From Prochlorococcus sp. AG-355-B18 (GTDB lineage Bacteria; Cyanobacteriota; Cyanobacteriia; PCC-6307; Cyanobiaceae): DNA of 64,000 nucleotides. Made by a program: the position numbers and the translations under genes. The DNA lies in contig QCDI01000001.1 of NCBI GenBank assembly GCA_003280965.1, positions 160,001 to 224,000 of the forward strand, read 5' to 3'. Shown in pieces: positions 1-13,102 of this stretch (position 1 is the stretch's first letter; the number at the start of each line of letters is the position of its first letter). The notes beneath the pieces are model-generated. The model had not been told where the DNA came from and made no database searches. It was given only the letters and a program-made list of their open reading frames with translations.

Positions 1-2
1 TT

Positions 3-554
3 TTATCTCAGGATCTTTTAGAGGTTGGAACAACCAAATGGGAAGCTTTATTTAATCCGCAGAAAATTGATTTAGGTAATATTAGCGCTGAAGTAATACT
101 CGAATTAGAAAAATTCTGGAGATTAAGAAATATTGAAATCGATACTGATATCCCATCTGATTTGCCCAGTGTATTCGCAGATCAAAGAAGAATGAGGCAA
201 GTATTTTTAAATTTAATTGAAAATGCTATTAAATTTTCTAGAGACTCTGGTTCTATAAAAATAACAATGATCCACAAGACAAATCAATGGGTAGAAATAA
301 CAATATGTGACAAAGGTGCCGGCATTCCATTGAGCGAACAAAAAAGAATTTTTCTTGATAGAGTTAGGCTCCCACAGACTTCTGAAGGAACTTCAGGATT
401 TGGTATTGGTTTATCTGTTTGCAGGAGAATAGTAGAAGTCCATGGAGGAAGAATATGGGTTGTGTCTGAAGTTGGCGTCGGTTCTTACTTTCATTTCACT
501 GTTCCTGTGTGGCAAGGACAAAATAAAGATCAACAATACTTGACGAAAGGCTAG
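3..554 (+). CDS. sasA: Adaptive-response sensory histidine kinase SasA, C-terminal part (5' end lies outside the window)
   Basis: Open frame from base 3 ([20 protein letters not shown]...); HATPase N box (NLIENAIKF) and G boxes (DKGAGI, GFGIGL). Confidence 0.8.
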   Translation, partial: LSQDLLEVGTTKWEALFNPQKIDLGNISAEVILELEKFWRLRNIEIDTDIPSDLPSVFADQRRMRQVFLNLIENAIKFSRDSGSIKITMIHKTNQWVEITICDKGAGIPLSEQKRIFLDRVRLPQTSEGTSGFGIGLSVCRRIVEVHGGRIWVVSEVGVGSYFHFTVPVWQGQNKDQQYLTKG

Positions 555-596
555 CCTTACTCTTAATTTTTAATAAGCTGTCTATGCTAATTTCCT

Positions 597-669
597 GGCC
601 CCATCGTCTAGAGGCCTAGGACACCTCCCTTTCACGGAGGCGACAGGGGTTCGAATCCCCTTGGGGCTA
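597..669 (+). tRNA. tRNA-Glu (anticodon TTC)
   Basis: Acceptor stem GGCCCCA/TGGGGCT, anticodon arm CCTCC-CTTTCAC-GGAGG, T loop GGTTCGAATCC; CCA not encoded. Confidence 0.97.
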
Positions 670-680
670 TTTTTAAAAAC

Positions 681-1223
681 TTAAACTAAATTTATTAGGG
701 TTTTTGCTTGTCTATCTACGGCAATTAAATTTTCTGATAGATCTTTTTTTAGTCTTTTCTCTATCATACCGATTGGCATCCACTGACATCCTTGAACAGT
801 GAGATCGTAAATTAATGAATTTTTGGAAGTATTTTTAATATTTTGAATTTTCCAACTACCTTCAAATTTTCTGAAATCTCCTTTAATCAAATTGAATCTT
901 AAAAGGCCAAGCTCCCTATTTTCGAATAAATCAATAGTTACCTCAGCAGAAAATTTCATACCAAGAAAATCCTGAGCCCCCACTTGTTTAAGATGCACAT
1001 TATTATTTTTTTGATATATTTTTTTACTTGAAAGTAAATTTGGAATGTAAAGATTTAGTCGATCATAATCTGTTAGAACATTCCATAATGAATCTAGACT
1101 CGCAGAGGTTGTAAGTTGAGCTGCAAGTCTTCTTGTTCCACCAGAAAGCTTTTCCATCGTTTGCTCAATTGTCCTGTAATCATTGCTTTTAGAATGATCT
1201 ACTGATTCTTGAGGAATATTCAT
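681..1223 (-). CDS. SRPBCC / polyketide cyclase-dehydrase family protein
   Basis: LWNVLTDYDRL...GDFRKFEGSWKI pattern of START-like cyclases. Confidence 0.8.
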   Translation of the reverse strand: MNIPQESVDHSKSNDYRTIEQTMEKLSGGTRRLAAQLTTSASLDSLWNVLTDYDRLNLYIPNLLSSKKIYQKNNNVHLKQVGAQDFLGMKFSAEVTIDLFENRELGLLRFNLIKGDFRKFEGSWKIQNIKNTSKNSLIYDLTVQGCQWMPIGMIEKRLKKDLSENLIAVDRQAKTLINLV

Positions 1224-1402
1224 AAATGAATTTTTTAAATTAGATAAAAAATTATTTCTGTGTAACTATACTGATAAAAACAAAAAATACTGAAAAATTA
1301 AAATAATTTCTTTTATTTATCCCGATCTCAAAACGTAACCATTTTTGTAAAATCACTACAAATTAAACTACAAATTGATAATCTTTTATAAAAGAAATCT
1401 AA

Positions 1403-2548
<1,146 letters not shown>

Positions 2549-2658
2549 ATCATTGATATTTAGATTTAAGTTTCACCTACTAAATACTTTTTGGTTTAGA
2601 CACAATATGTAGCTAATATTTGAAAAAAAGAGGATTTTAAATAAAGAATAATAAAAAT

Positions 2659-4182
2659 ATGCCTTCAACTTTAAGTAATCCTCTAAGATTAGGCTTACGG
2701 CAGGAAAGAGTCATATCTCCACAATGCTTAGTAATATTTGGTGCTAGTGGAGACCTTACTCATAGAAAATTAATACCAGCCTTATTTGAACTCTATTTGC
2801 AGAGAAGAATTCCTAGTGAATTTGGAATAGTTGGCTGTGCGAGAAGACCTTGGACTGATAATGAGTTTAGAGAAAAGATGAAAGTAAAACTATCAAATCA
2901 AATATCTGGCAAAGAAATGGAGTGGGAACAATTTTCTAATTATCTTTTCTATGAACCAGTTGACTTACAACAAAGTGATCATGTCGTAAGGCTTTCTAGA
3001 AGATTAAATGAAATTGATAAATCACAAGCTACTCATGGGAATAGAACATTTTATTTATCAGTATCTCCGAATTTCTATGCAAGTGGATGTAAAGCTCTTA
3101 AAGCAGCTGGCCTTTTGGATGACCCTAAGAAAAGTCGTTTAGTGATTGAAAAACCTTTTGGAAGAGATTATTCAAGTGCAAAAAAATTGAATAAGATCGT
3201 TCAGAGTTGCGCTGAAGAAAGTCAGATTTATAGGATTGATCATTATTTAGGTAAAGAGACAGTTCAGAATATTCTTGTTTTGAGATTTGCTAATACTATT
3301 TTTGAACCAATCTGGAACAGAAATTATATATCAAGTGTTCAAATTACTTCATCTGAAACAGTAGGTGTTGAAGATAGAGCAGGTTATTACGAAAGCTCCG
3401 GTGCTTTAAGGGATATGCTTCAAAATCATATGACTCAAATGCTTGCTGTTACAGCAATGGAACCTCCTGGAAAGTTTGAACCAGAAGCAATAAGAAATGA
3501 AAAAGCTAAGGTTCTTCAAGCTTCAAAACTTGCTGACGAAAATGAACCGTGGAATTGTTGCATAAGAGGTCAATATGGAGAGGGAGGAAATATTTCAAAT
3601 CGACTAAAAGGATATAGGCAGGAAGATGGTGTTAATTGTAATAGCACTACAGAAACTTATATTGCGACAAAAGTATTTGTTGATAACTGGCGTTGGCAAG
3701 GGGTTCCTTTTTATTTGAGAACAGGGAAAAGACTTCCTAAAAGACTTGGAGAAATAGTCTTGACTTTTAAAGATGTTCCTGTTCATTTATTTGAATCAAC
3801 AATAATAAATCCTGCCCCAAATCAACTTATCCTTAGAATTCAGCCAAATGAAGGTGCAACTTTCAGATTTGAGGTAAAATCTCCTGGTTCTGGAATGAAA
3901 TCAAGACCTGTTGAGATGGAATTTTCTTATGATGAATCATTTGGAGAACCGTCAGATGAAGGCTATGTAAGGTTATTAGCTGATGCAATGCTTTCTGACC
4001 CAACCTTATTCACTCGAAGTGATGAAGTAGAGGCAGCCTGGAAACTCTATACACCATTAATAGAATTGATGGATAATTCTCCTTGGAAGTTACCTATCCA
4101 TAATTATGAATCTATGACGTGGGGACCTGCTGAGTCTGATCAATTAATTTCAAAAGATAATATTTTCTGGCGTAGACCTTAA
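2659..4182 (+). CDS. zwf: Glucose-6-phosphate 1-dehydrogenase
   Basis: GASGDLT, RIDHYLGKE, EKPFG motifs. Confidence 0.97.
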   Translation: MPSTLSNPLRLGLRQERVISPQCLVIFGASGDLTHRKLIPALFELYLQRRIPSEFGIVGCARRPWTDNEFREKMKVKLSNQISGKEMEWEQFSNYLFYEPVDLQQSDHVVRLSRRLNEIDKSQATHGNRTFYLSVSPNFYASGCKALKAAGLLDDPKKSRLVIEKPFGRDYSSAKKLNKIVQSCAEESQIYRIDHYLGKETVQNILVLRFANTIFEPIWNRNYISSVQITSSETVGVEDRAGYYESSGALRDMLQNHMTQMLAVTAMEPPGKFEPEAIRNEKAKVLQASKLADENEPWNCCIRGQYGEGGNISNRLKGYRQEDGVNCNSTTETYIATKVFVDNWRWQGVPFYLRTGKRLPKRLGEIVLTFKDVPVHLFESTIINPAPNQLILRIQPNEGATFRFEVKSPGSGMKSRPVEMEFSYDESFGEPSDEGYVRLLADAMLSDPTLFTRSDEVEAAWKLYTPLIELMDNSPWKLPIHNYESMTWGPAESDQLISKDNIFWRRP

Positions 4183-4184
4183 AA

Positions 4185-5486
4185 ATGAAACCTCAACTAA
4201 CACTCCAAACCCCTTTAGAGCTTCCTTATCAGGAAATTTCTAATTACCTTAATAAATTATGGATTTCAGAAGATAAAGATAATAGTGGAGCTAATACTTT
4301 TACATTAATGGTCTGGCAGCCTGCTTGGCTAGAACAATGTTTGGTTCAAAAAGGATTAGTAAATGGACCAATTACTGGAAATTTAAGTCCAGAGATAATT
4401 GAAGTTGCTAAAAAGTTTATATTAGATCAAGGACTTCCTCTCACTACTTCCCTTAATAGTGAAGAATTATTGAATTTGTTGAAGGAAAATTTATCTAGTA
4501 AAGACTATGAAGATTTTAGAGGACAATTTTTTGAATCAACAATAAGTACATTGAATCCAAGAAGATTAATAACCCTAGCGCCAACATTAAGTAAAAATTC
4601 AGAAATCAAAACTTTTGTATCCGCTTACTGTCCATTAAGTGATACTCCAGCTATGCAACCTATATGTGGGGATTTAGTTGTTATCAGGGGAGACTCGGCC
4701 TCAATATCTAATAAAGGATTAAAAATAATTGATGAATTATCTATTGATGAATTACCTTCATGGTTGTGGTGGAATGGAAGCTTGGATGAATCGCCTGAAA
4801 TCTTCGAACATTTTACTAATTATGGTCTGCGGTTAATAATTGATACAGCTCTTGGATCGCCTCAAAGATGTTTAAATGTTTTAGATCAATTAAATAACTC
4901 AAATAAAGCTATTAATGATTTGAATTGGGTTAGATTGAAAAATTGGAGGGAATCATTGGCAATGATTTTTGATCCGCCTTCGAGGCGACCAATTTTGGAT
5001 CATATTACTGATATTGACATTGATATTGCAGGAGATCATATTATTCAAGCTTTGTTTTTGATTGCATGGATTAGCGATAAACTTGGTTGGTCTTTTCTAA
5101 GAGTTGAAAGGAATACGGAATCAACAAAAATAGACTTTGAAAGAATTAATGGCGAAAAAATTTCTGCTTCAATAAATCCCTTATCTTTGGGAAATCCAAG
5201 TATTCATTTAGGACAAGTTATTGGATTAAGGCTGATTTCAAAAATTAGTGAGGTTCAAAAAAATAACACTTGTGTAATACTTGGTTGTGAATCAGTGGAA
5301 TGTATGAGACTTGAAGCAGGGGGAATGGCTGATATGGAATTAATAGAACAAGTTGTTCCAAACTCTTCTTCTACATCAGAGTACGATGTTAGTAAATTAT
5401 TGGGAAGTAGTAGAGGAAATACCAGTCCTCTTTTTGAAAATTCTATTAAAATTGCCCTTCAAATATTTAAAGGTTTTAATAACTAG
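4185..5486 (+). CDS. opcA: G6PDH assembly/activator protein OpcA
   Basis: Directly downstream of zwf; LPSWLWWNG and DLNWxRL motifs. Confidence 0.9.
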   Translation: MKPQLTLQTPLELPYQEISNYLNKLWISEDKDNSGANTFTLMVWQPAWLEQCLVQKGLVNGPITGNLSPEIIEVAKKFILDQGLPLTTSLNSEELLNLLKENLSSKDYEDFRGQFFESTISTLNPRRLITLAPTLSKNSEIKTFVSAYCPLSDTPAMQPICGDLVVIRGDSASISNKGLKIIDELSIDELPSWLWWNGSLDESPEIFEHFTNYGLRLIIDTALGSPQRCLNVLDQLNNSNKAINDLNWVRLKNWRESLAMIFDPPSRRPILDHITDIDIDIAGDHIIQALFLIAWISDKLGWSFLRVERNTESTKIDFERINGEKISASINPLSLGNPSIHLGQVIGLRLISKISEVQKNNTCVILGCESVECMRLEAGGMADMELIEQVVPNSSSTSEYDVSKLLGSSRGNTSPLFENSIKIALQIFKGFNN

Positions 5487-5489
5487 TAG

Positions 5490-6881
5490 ATGCCTTGTGT
5501 AATATCTTCTCCTTCAACTGATAGTGGGAAAACCACATTATCGCTTTTGCTTTCTTGTTGGGCGTTTTCAAAAGGTATTAAGATACAAACTTTCAAGGTT
5601 GGCCCAGATTATCTTGATCAACAACAACTTAGTTCAATTGGCCAACCTATTTGTAGGAATTTAGATATTTTTTTAAGTGGTGAGGAATGGGTTCAAGAAA
5701 GTTTTTTTAAACATTCTTTGAAATATGAATTCTCATTAATTGAAGGAGCAATGGGTCTATATGATGGATTGGGATCATCAACCTATTCCAGCACAGCAAA
5801 TATCTCTAAACTTCTCAATGCTCCAATAATTTTTATTGTTAATGCTAGAGGTCAAGTAGCTTCTCTTTTGGCGACTATTCGAGGTTTTAGAGATTTCGAT
5901 AGTGAGTTGTCTATAGTAGGAATTGTATTTAATAACGTTAATTCAGATAGACATAAAAAATTAATCAAAGAAGTTTTTAAAAATGAAGATATTGAAATTC
6001 TTGGTTTTTTACCATCTGATCCAAAAATAACTTTAAACAAAGCTAATTTAGGTTTGATATCTCCAATGGATAATGGAAGACAAATTGATGTTCAATACTT
6101 TGCAAATTTCGCCGAAAGAAATCTTGATGTATTTTCTCTTATTAAATTCCTGAAATCTCCTCCAAAGAAAATATTTAATTCTGTCAATTTGAAAGATTTT
6201 AAAATAGACAAAAGTAAACCTATCGCAATTGCAGAAGATAAAATCTTTCATTTTCAATACCCTGAAACTAAGGAGTTTTTGACTGAAATAGGAATACCAT
6301 TGATTTCATGGAGTATTTATGATGATGAAGAAATACCTAATGAGGCCTCTTCTCTAATTATTCCTGGGGGATTCCCTGAAAAATATGCTGCTCATATAAG
6401 TAACTCTACAAAAAGCTTAAATTCGTTAAGGAAATTTCGTAAAAATGGATTTATATATGCTGAGTGCGGAGGGATGATGATTTTAGGAGACTTTATAAAA
6501 GATGAAAATGGTAATAATCATAAAATGAGTGGTATCCTCCCTTTTAGATCAAAAAAAAGTAAGCTTTCAGTAGGTTATAGATATATTGAGGGTTTAAAAG
6601 ATACTCCGATCATTAAACAAAATCAATTAATTAGAGGACATGAATTTCATTATTGGGAAATTGAAAATAATTTATCTGAAGTTGATTTTGGAAAAGCTAA
6701 GCATCTGAAGAAACTTTTTCCCCCTTGGAAAATTAAATCTTGGGAAACTGAATACAAAAATGAAGGCTTTTTTGATGAAAAATTACATGCAAGTTGGATT
6801 CACTTACATTTCCCAAGTTCTCCAGAAGTCGCAAAAAACTTTATAGATGCCACCCAAATTGGTTTTTCAAAGAATTATTAA
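5490..6881 (+). CDS. cobB: Cobyrinate a,c-diamide synthase
   Basis: SGKTT, FKVGPDYLD, AECGG, GHEFHY, HLHF motifs. Confidence 0.93.
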   Translation: MPCVISSPSTDSGKTTLSLLLSCWAFSKGIKIQTFKVGPDYLDQQQLSSIGQPICRNLDIFLSGEEWVQESFFKHSLKYEFSLIEGAMGLYDGLGSSTYSSTANISKLLNAPIIFIVNARGQVASLLATIRGFRDFDSELSIVGIVFNNVNSDRHKKLIKEVFKNEDIEILGFLPSDPKITLNKANLGLISPMDNGRQIDVQYFANFAERNLDVFSLIKFLKSPPKKIFNSVNLKDFKIDKSKPIAIAEDKIFHFQYPETKEFLTEIGIPLISWSIYDDEEIPNEASSLIIPGGFPEKYAAHISNSTKSLNSLRKFRKNGFIYAECGGMMILGDFIKDENGNNHKMSGILPFRSKKSKLSVGYRYIEGLKDTPIIKQNQLIRGHEFHYWEIENNLSEVDFGKAKHLKKLFPPWKIKSWETEYKNEGFFDEKLHASWIHLHFPSSPEVAKNFIDATQIGFSKNY

Positions 6882-7357
6882 TTTATTATCAAATCTAAAA
6901 TTTTGAGAGGAGAACCTAAAAAAAACATTCCAGGCAAAGTGATTAATGGTCCTAAAAAACTACCCACCATGACCTCAATTTTTGTATGGCCCAAGGTTTC
7001 TTTTAAAATTAATTCAGATTGAGGGTCCAGTTTTTTTGATAGTTTATTGATTTCTGCAGCTTGAATCCCAGCTGATTTTCGAACACCACTAGCGTCATAC
7101 ATAACTATTAATGCTACAGCAACTGATAATGCGAATATTGAGCTATCAAATCCTAATTCATAACCTATACCAGATGAGGCACCAGTTATTAAGGCGGAAT
7201 GACTTGAAGGCATACCACCCGTTTCGAACATAATCCCAAATCTTATCTCTCCAGTTGAAAAGAAATTAAATACAATCTTAAAAAATTGTGCCAGTAAACA
7301 CGATAATAAGCTCCAGAAAAGAACTGAATTATTAAAAAAGGGAAAAAACTCAGACAT
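6878..7357 (-). CDS. Divergent PAP2 family protein (DUF212)
   Basis: TGGMPSSHSA, VMYDASGVR, LGHT motifs. Confidence 0.9.
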   Translation of the reverse strand: MSEFFPFFNNSVLFWSLLSCLLAQFFKIVFNFFSTGEIRFGIMFETGGMPSSHSALITGASSGIGYELGFDSSIFALSVAVALIVMYDASGVRKSAGIQAAEINKLSKKLDPQSELILKETLGHTKIEVMVGSFLGPLITLPGMFFLGSPLKILDLIIN

Positions 7358-7370
7358 AAATTAAAACTAA

Positions 7371-8273
7371 TTATCTGTCTCTATTTGTAATAAAGTCGGC
7401 TAACGATATTAAATACTTTGCATCTGCACCCCAAGGTTCAATTGCTTTTTTTGCTTTTTCAACCAAATCAAATGCTCTTTTCTTTGACTCCTCCATTCCA
7501 AGTAATTTAGGGTAAGTAGTCTTGTCAGCTAAAAGATCTTTTCCGGCAGTTTTACCAAGCTTTTCACTGCTGGAAGTTAAATCAAGAATATCATCTATTA
7601 TTTGGAAGGCTAAACCAATTCCCTCTGCATAAGTTGTTAGAGCTTGTAATAGTTTTTCGTTAGCGCCTGCGATCATTGCGCCTGTTCTTACGCAAGCCTT
7701 TAATAAAGCCCCAGTCTTATGAAGATGAATATATTCGAGAGTTTCAAGGTCAACTTCTTTGCCTTCGCATTCTAAATCAACTACTTGTCCTCCCACTAAA
7801 CCTGGGGCACCGGCAACCAAGGAAAGTTCACCAATTACATTTAATAATCTGGTCGGATCAACTCCTGGACTTCTTAAAGAGACCATTTCAAATGCTCTTG
7901 TTAATAAAGCATCGCCTGCGAGAATAGCTATTGCATCTCCATATACCTTATGGTTGGTTGGCCTTCCTCTCCTTAAGTCATCATTGTCCATAGCGGGTAA
8001 ATCATCATGAATCAAAGACATTGTATGAATCATTTCTATCGCTACTGCGGTAGGAACAGCTAAAGAAGGTTCTCCTCCTGCCAGCGAACAAGATGCTAAA
8101 CACAAAATTGGACGTATTCTTTTGCCTCCAGCTAAAAGAGAATATCTCATTGACTCTCTAAGTATTTCTGGATTTTCTGGGCCTAGGGAGAAATCAAGTG
8201 CTTCTTCAACAACTTTTTTTGCGTTTTTAAGATATTTTTCAAAATCTGAAATGTTATTTATAACGTCAGTCAT
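7371..8273 (-). CDS. crtE: Geranylgeranyl diphosphate synthase
   Basis: [31 protein letters not shown]. Confidence 0.93.
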   Translation of the reverse strand: MTDVINNISDFEKYLKNAKKVVEEALDFSLGPENPEILRESMRYSLLAGGKRIRPILCLASCSLAGGEPSLAVPTAVAIEMIHTMSLIHDDLPAMDNDDLRRGRPTNHKVYGDAIAILAGDALLTRAFEMVSLRSPGVDPTRLLNVIGELSLVAGAPGLVGGQVVDLECEGKEVDLETLEYIHLHKTGALLKACVRTGAMIAGANEKLLQALTTYAEGIGLAFQIIDDILDLTSSSEKLGKTAGKDLLADKTTYPKLLGMEESKKRAFDLVEKAKKAIEPWGADAKYLISLADFITNRDR

Positions 8274-8310
8274 TTTATACCTTTAAAAATAATTTTTCTC
8301 ATCTTGGAAT

Positions 8311-9207
8311 TTATGGCAAAAGGTCGTTCAGGGTTGATGATAAACCAAATTGTTTTTGCCAGCTAAAAATAGTATTCACCAGTAACATTGTTACGGTCAT
8401 TGGTCCTACACCTCCTGGAACAGGTGTGTAAGCAGATACTTTAGGAATGACATCTTCTAATGATACATCGCCACATAATCTAGTTTTATTTTTATCAGAA
8501 CTTTTTAATCTATGTATTCCAACATCGATAATAACTACACCCTCTTTTACAAAACTAGAATCTATAAGATTTGGTTTCCCTGCAGCAGCAATTAGTATGT
8601 CAGCTTCTTTACAAACTTTATCTAAATTTACTGTTTTTGAATGAGTCATTGTTACCGTACCATTAAGGTTTAACAACATAAGCGATAGGGGTTTCCCAAC
8701 TAATAAACTTCTTCCGACTACAACAATTTTCTTTCCTTCAATTGTAATATTTTGCGATCTTAATAAATTAATAATTCCTGCTGGTGTACATGATCTCATC
8801 CCAGGCTCATTTTTCACTAGTTTGCCGATGTTTAACTCATTTAACCCATCTACATCTTTGTCTGGATTGATATAACTTATCAGTCGTTGCTCATCAAACT
8901 TCATTGGGATGGGGAGTTGAAGCAACATTCCATCAATATCCTTGTCGATGTTAAGTTTTTTTATTAATTGTTCAACCTCTTTTTGGTCTACATCGTCTTT
9001 TAGATGAAAGATAAAGCTTTTAATTCCCACTCTTGAACATGCTTTTTCCTTATTTTGAACGTAAACACCACTCGCGGGATCCTCACCTATTCTTATTACA
9101 GCTAAACCAGGAGCTCTTTTTGCAGTTATTTTATTGATAGAAATATAGTCATTTAATCTTTCCTCAATTTCAAGAGATAATTTTTTACCGTCCAATTTTA
9201 ATGACAT
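8311..9207 (-). CDS. folD: Methylenetetrahydrofolate dehydrogenase/cyclohydrolase
   Basis: [25 protein letters not shown]. Confidence 0.96.
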   Translation of the reverse strand: MSLKLDGKKLSLEIEERLNDYISINKITAKRAPGLAVIRIGEDPASGVYVQNKEKACSRVGIKSFIFHLKDDVDQKEVEQLIKKLNIDKDIDGMLLQLPIPMKFDEQRLISYINPDKDVDGLNELNIGKLVKNEPGMRSCTPAGIINLLRSQNITIEGKKIVVVGRSLLVGKPLSLMLLNLNGTVTMTHSKTVNLDKVCKEADILIAAAGKPNLIDSSFVKEGVVIIDVGIHRLKSSDKNKTRLCGDVSLEDVIPKVSAYTPVPGGVGPMTVTMLLVNTIFSWQKQFGLSSTLNDLLP

Positions 9208-9281
9208 TTAGAAAAACATCTCCTTTTTACACCTAGCATGCCTATAATTTTAAATTAATCAAATAGATTTAATTATATTCT

Positions 9282-10754
9282 GTGAAAAACATTACAACTA
9301 ACATAAAAAAATTGCTTTATCTGTGGAGGAGGAGTCAAGTTCCAATAAAACAGCCAACTAGAATCTCAAAAATTGATAATCTCATAATTTTTTTAATATG
9401 CATCTTAATTTCAATAATTTCTTCTTATAAATTACTTCTTATTTCGCCTTTAAATATCTCAAATACTTTTTCTTGGATTTGTAATTTTGCTGAAGCACTT
9501 ATTAGTTCTGGAATTTTGATATTAGTTTCAAAAAAAGAGAATCCTACAATTTCTTCAAGACAGATTATTTTTATCATAACTCTTCTTCTTGCAGTACAGG
9601 CATTAAAATTAGCCTTAGCCTCAAACATAAGTCCATTATCATTTATTATCCCACCGGCTCTAATAATATCTCAAGGAATGGGAAGTATAACGGCTTTAGC
9701 TTGGGTATCAATTGCTAGTCTTATTTGGCCTGATCCAGCAGTTACTATAAATAACAATTTATTTTTTATTTTATTAGTTTGCGCTTCAGTAGTATCTCTA
9801 CTTGGAGCAAGAATAAGAAGTAGAGCACAGTTACTTCAACTATCAATTTTTGTTCCCATTGGATCGTTTTTGAGTCAATGGATATTGATCGGTAAAGATA
9901 AAATATCTCTTATTGATAAACAAGAATTTCTTTTTGCTAATGGAGATATATTTTCAGATTCCTTGTTATTAGCAATAGTAATGCTTTTTACTATTTTATT
10001 TATTCCTATATTTGAATCTATATTTGGACTATTAACTAAAGCAAGATTACTCGAATTGGCCGATAAAGAGAAACCCCTCATTAGAAGATTGTCTCTTGAA
10101 GCTCCTGGCACTTTCGAACATACCTTGTTGATATGTGGTTTGGCAGAAGAAGCAACAAGAATGATTGGTGGTGATATTGACCTAATTAAAACTGGTGCGT
10201 TATATCATGATGTTGGTAAATTACATGCCCCAAATTGGTTTATTGAAAATCAGGATGGTTCAAAAAATCCACATGACGAAATAGATGATCCTCTTAAAAG
10301 TGCAGAGGTATTACAGGCGCATGTTGATGAAGGATTAAAGTATGCAAGAAAAAATAGACTTCCTAAACCAATAGCAAATTTTATCCCAGAACATCAAGGC
10401 ACTTTAAAAATGGGATATTTTTTTCACAAGGCAAAAGAAAAAAATATCAAGATTAAGGAAAATGATTTTAGGTATAATGGACCTATACCTCAGTCAAAAG
10501 AAACTGCTATCTTAATGCTGGCTGATGGATGTGAAGCTGCATTAAGAGCTATGAATATTAACGCCTCTGATAAAGAAGCTTTGGAAACAATTTCTAAAAT
10601 TATCTACTCCCGTCAAAAAGATGGCCAATTAGATGATAGTAATTTATCGAAGGGAGAAATTTTTTTAATAAAAAGAGCATTCTTGAATGTATGGAAAAGA
10701 ATAAGACATAGAAGAATACAGTATCCAACAAGCAAGAATAATACTTTTTCCTAA
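9282..10754 (+). CDS. Multi-TM HD-domain phosphohydrolase (7TM-HD / PgpH-like)
   Basis: Several TM segments followed by APGTFEH, YHDVGK, ENQ, EHQGT, LADGCEAA. Confidence 0.88.
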   Translation: MKNITTNIKKLLYLWRRSQVPIKQPTRISKIDNLIIFLICILISIISSYKLLLISPLNISNTFSWICNFAEALISSGILILVSKKENPTISSRQIIFIITLLLAVQALKLALASNISPLSFIIPPALIISQGMGSITALAWVSIASLIWPDPAVTINNNLFFILLVCASVVSLLGARIRSRAQLLQLSIFVPIGSFLSQWILIGKDKISLIDKQEFLFANGDIFSDSLLLAIVMLFTILFIPIFESIFGLLTKARLLELADKEKPLIRRLSLEAPGTFEHTLLICGLAEEATRMIGGDIDLIKTGALYHDVGKLHAPNWFIENQDGSKNPHDEIDDPLKSAEVLQAHVDEGLKYARKNRLPKPIANFIPEHQGTLKMGYFFHKAKEKNIKIKENDFRYNGPIPQSKETAILMLADGCEAALRAMNINASDKEALETISKIIYSRQKDGQLDDSNLSKGEIFLIKRAFLNVWKRIRHRRIQYPTSKNNTFS

Positions 10755-10770
10755 TTATTGTTCAATTAAT

Positions 10771-11163
10771 TTATAGCCTAATACTTCTTCGATGTTTTGG
10801 ATTACACCAATAAAGTAGAGCTAAGGTACTTAATAATGTTGTTAAAAGAGTAAATCCACCAATTCCATAAAGGTCTTGAAGGGTTATAAGCCTTATCACT
10901 GAATAAGGACCCATGCCAGAAATTACCATAGATAAAGATACTAAAGTTAAGGTTACTCCCCATTTTCTCTCTGCTAAAAGAGCTGCTGATGAGACAATTC
11001 CAACTATCGCAGCGGGCCATCCAAGACTTATGGCAAGAGTTATGTTTGCAACTTTTAACGGAGGTCCATAACTTATTATTAATGCGATTATAGGAAGTGC
11101 AATTATATTGCTGATTAACCCAACCCAAGAAAGTGCCCAATAACCAAGTAACCTTTCTCTCAT
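10771..11163 (-). CDS. Hypothetical membrane protein
   Basis: 130-aa ORF with about four hydrophobic segments. Confidence 0.7.
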   Translation of the reverse strand: MRERLLGYWALSWVGLISNIIALPIIALIISYGPPLKVANITLAISLGWPAAIVGIVSSAALLAERKWGVTLTLVSLSMVISGMGPYSVIRLITLQDLYGIGGFTLLTTLLSTLALLYWCNPKHRRSIRL

Positions 11164-11244
11164 TATTTATTGCTTAAACTAATATTTAAATCTACATTAT
11201 TAAATGACTATTTTTAATGATACTTAATAATCCTAAGAAATAAT

Positions 11245-12885
11245 TTAATTTGCAGGATTAGATAGAAATGTTTTCTCAGAATTTTCTAAATTATCAAATT
11301 GTGGGTGAATTGAATTTTTTTTCTCAGAAAATACAAGCCTATTTAAAGCATTAACATATGCGTTCGCAGCAGCAACCACAACATCTGTGTCGGCAGAATG
11401 TCCAGAATATATTTTATTATCCCTTCTTATTCTTATTGTCACTTCCCCCAAAGCATCAATACCCTCTGTCACAGACTTTACAGAAAATTCAATTAATTCA
11501 TTAGGAACTTTGGCTAACTTATTTAGAGCCTCACATACAGCATCAACAGGTCCAGTACCTAATGATACCGCAGTATCCTCAGTATTATCATCCGTGTTTA
11601 GAAGGGTAATTGTGGCGGTAGGTTTAGATGCATTACCGCAACTTACTTGTACAAGTCTTAATTGAAATTTAGCTTCTGGGAGTTGTACTTGTTCACTTAC
11701 AATTGCTTCTAAGTCTCTATCAGTAATTTCTCTTTTCCTATCAGCTAAATCCTTAAAACGAGCAAAAGCATCATTTAAGTCTTCCCGGCTTAAGTCATAT
11801 CCCATCTCTTCTAATCTTGCTCTCACTGCACTTCTTCCACTTAGTTTTCCTAAAGATATTTTGTTATCACTTAATCCAACAGTCTTTGCATCGATTATTT
11901 CGTAAGTTAGTCTATTTTTTAAGACCCCATCCTGATGAATACCTGACTCATGGGCAAAAGCATTTGCTCCAACAATGGCTTTATTAGGTTGAACAGTCAT
12001 CCCAGTTAAATTGGAAACAAGTCTTGAAGTTTTTGTTATTTCTTCTGTTCTAATAGCTGTGAGAGGAGTAGGTGAATCTGGGGTTCTTTTGAAAAAACTA
12101 TTAAAAAAACTTTTCCTAACATGTAGTGCCATTACTAATTCTTCTAAAGAGGCATTCCCGGCTCTTTCACCAATTCCATTAATAGTACATTCTAGTTGTC
12201 TTGCTCCATTTTTTACTGCCTCTAGAAAATTTGCAACTGCTAAACCTAAATCATTATGACCATGAACAGAGATTACTGCCTCATCAATATTTGGAACATT
12301 TTTATTTATATCAGCAATTAATTTTCCAAATTCACTAGGAGTTGTAAATCCAACAGTATCAGGGATATTTATTGTTGTCGCGCCTGCAGAAATTGCTAGT
12401 TTAATCACTTCATATAAAAAATCAGGATCACTCCTTGAGGCATCTTCACAAGAAAACTCAATATCATCTACAAATGATTTTGCATAATTAACCATTTCTG
12501 GAACTATTTGAAGAACATCTTTTCTAGATTTTTTAAGTTTATGTTTAAGATGAATATCACTTGTGGCAATAAAAGTATGTATTCTTTTTTTTGGAGCTGG
12601 GCTTACTGCTTCATAACATGCTTTTATATCTCCTTTGGAAGCTCTAGCTAAACCACATATGATAGGTCCATTTTCTTTTCCTACAGCATTGGCAATTTTA
12701 TTAACAGCTTTAAAATCTCCGGGACTTGCAAAAGGGAATCCAGCTTCTATAACATCTACTCCTAATCTTGCTAATTGGTGGGCAATAGCTAGTTTTTCTT
12801 CAAGATTTAAGCTGGCGCCAGGAGATTGCTCCCCATCTCGAAGAGTTGTATCAAAGATCAAAATTCTGCCTGGATCTTTGGCCAT
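11245..12885 (-). CDS. leuA: 2-isopropylmalate synthase
   Basis: [37 protein letters not shown]. Confidence 0.97.
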   Translation of the reverse strand: MAKDPGRILIFDTTLRDGEQSPGASLNLEEKLAIAHQLARLGVDVIEAGFPFASPGDFKAVNKIANAVGKENGPIICGLARASKGDIKACYEAVSPAPKKRIHTFIATSDIHLKHKLKKSRKDVLQIVPEMVNYAKSFVDDIEFSCEDASRSDPDFLYEVIKLAISAGATTINIPDTVGFTTPSEFGKLIADINKNVPNIDEAVISVHGHNDLGLAVANFLEAVKNGARQLECTINGIGERAGNASLEELVMALHVRKSFFNSFFKRTPDSPTPLTAIRTEEITKTSRLVSNLTGMTVQPNKAIVGANAFAHESGIHQDGVLKNRLTYEIIDAKTVGLSDNKISLGKLSGRSAVRARLEEMGYDLSREDLNDAFARFKDLADRKREITDRDLEAIVSEQVQLPEAKFQLRLVQVSCGNASKPTATITLLNTDDNTEDTAVSLGTGPVDAVCEALNKLAKVPNELIEFSVKSVTEGIDALGEVTIRIRRDNKIYSGHSADTDVVVAAANAYVNALNRLVFSEKKNSIHPQFDNLENSEKTFLSNPAN

Positions 12886-13102
12886 TTTCTAGAATCCTTT
12901 AAACTTATATTAAGCTAATTAAAAAAATTTGACTAGATTTTTTTTAGTAAATTACGGCTATTGATTATTACTTAACAATATTGGTTAAATTTTTAGAAAA
13001 AATTTAATATTTTTAATTTATTAAAGTATTGTTTTAAGATTAAAGCTTCTTTTATAAAGAGTTATTTTTTATAAAATTTCAGACAAAAAAATATAAAAAA
13101 AT

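Noticed and set aside
597..700. tRNA-Glu as an island integration site
   Set aside because: Flanked by core genes; no integrase and no duplicated tRNA 3' end noticed in the window
11387..12892. Plus-strand ORFs opposite leuA (and similar ones opposite crtE, gyrA, the cobW-family gene, znuA and dusB)
   Set aside because: Fully antisense to well-supported genes, with no recognisable motifs
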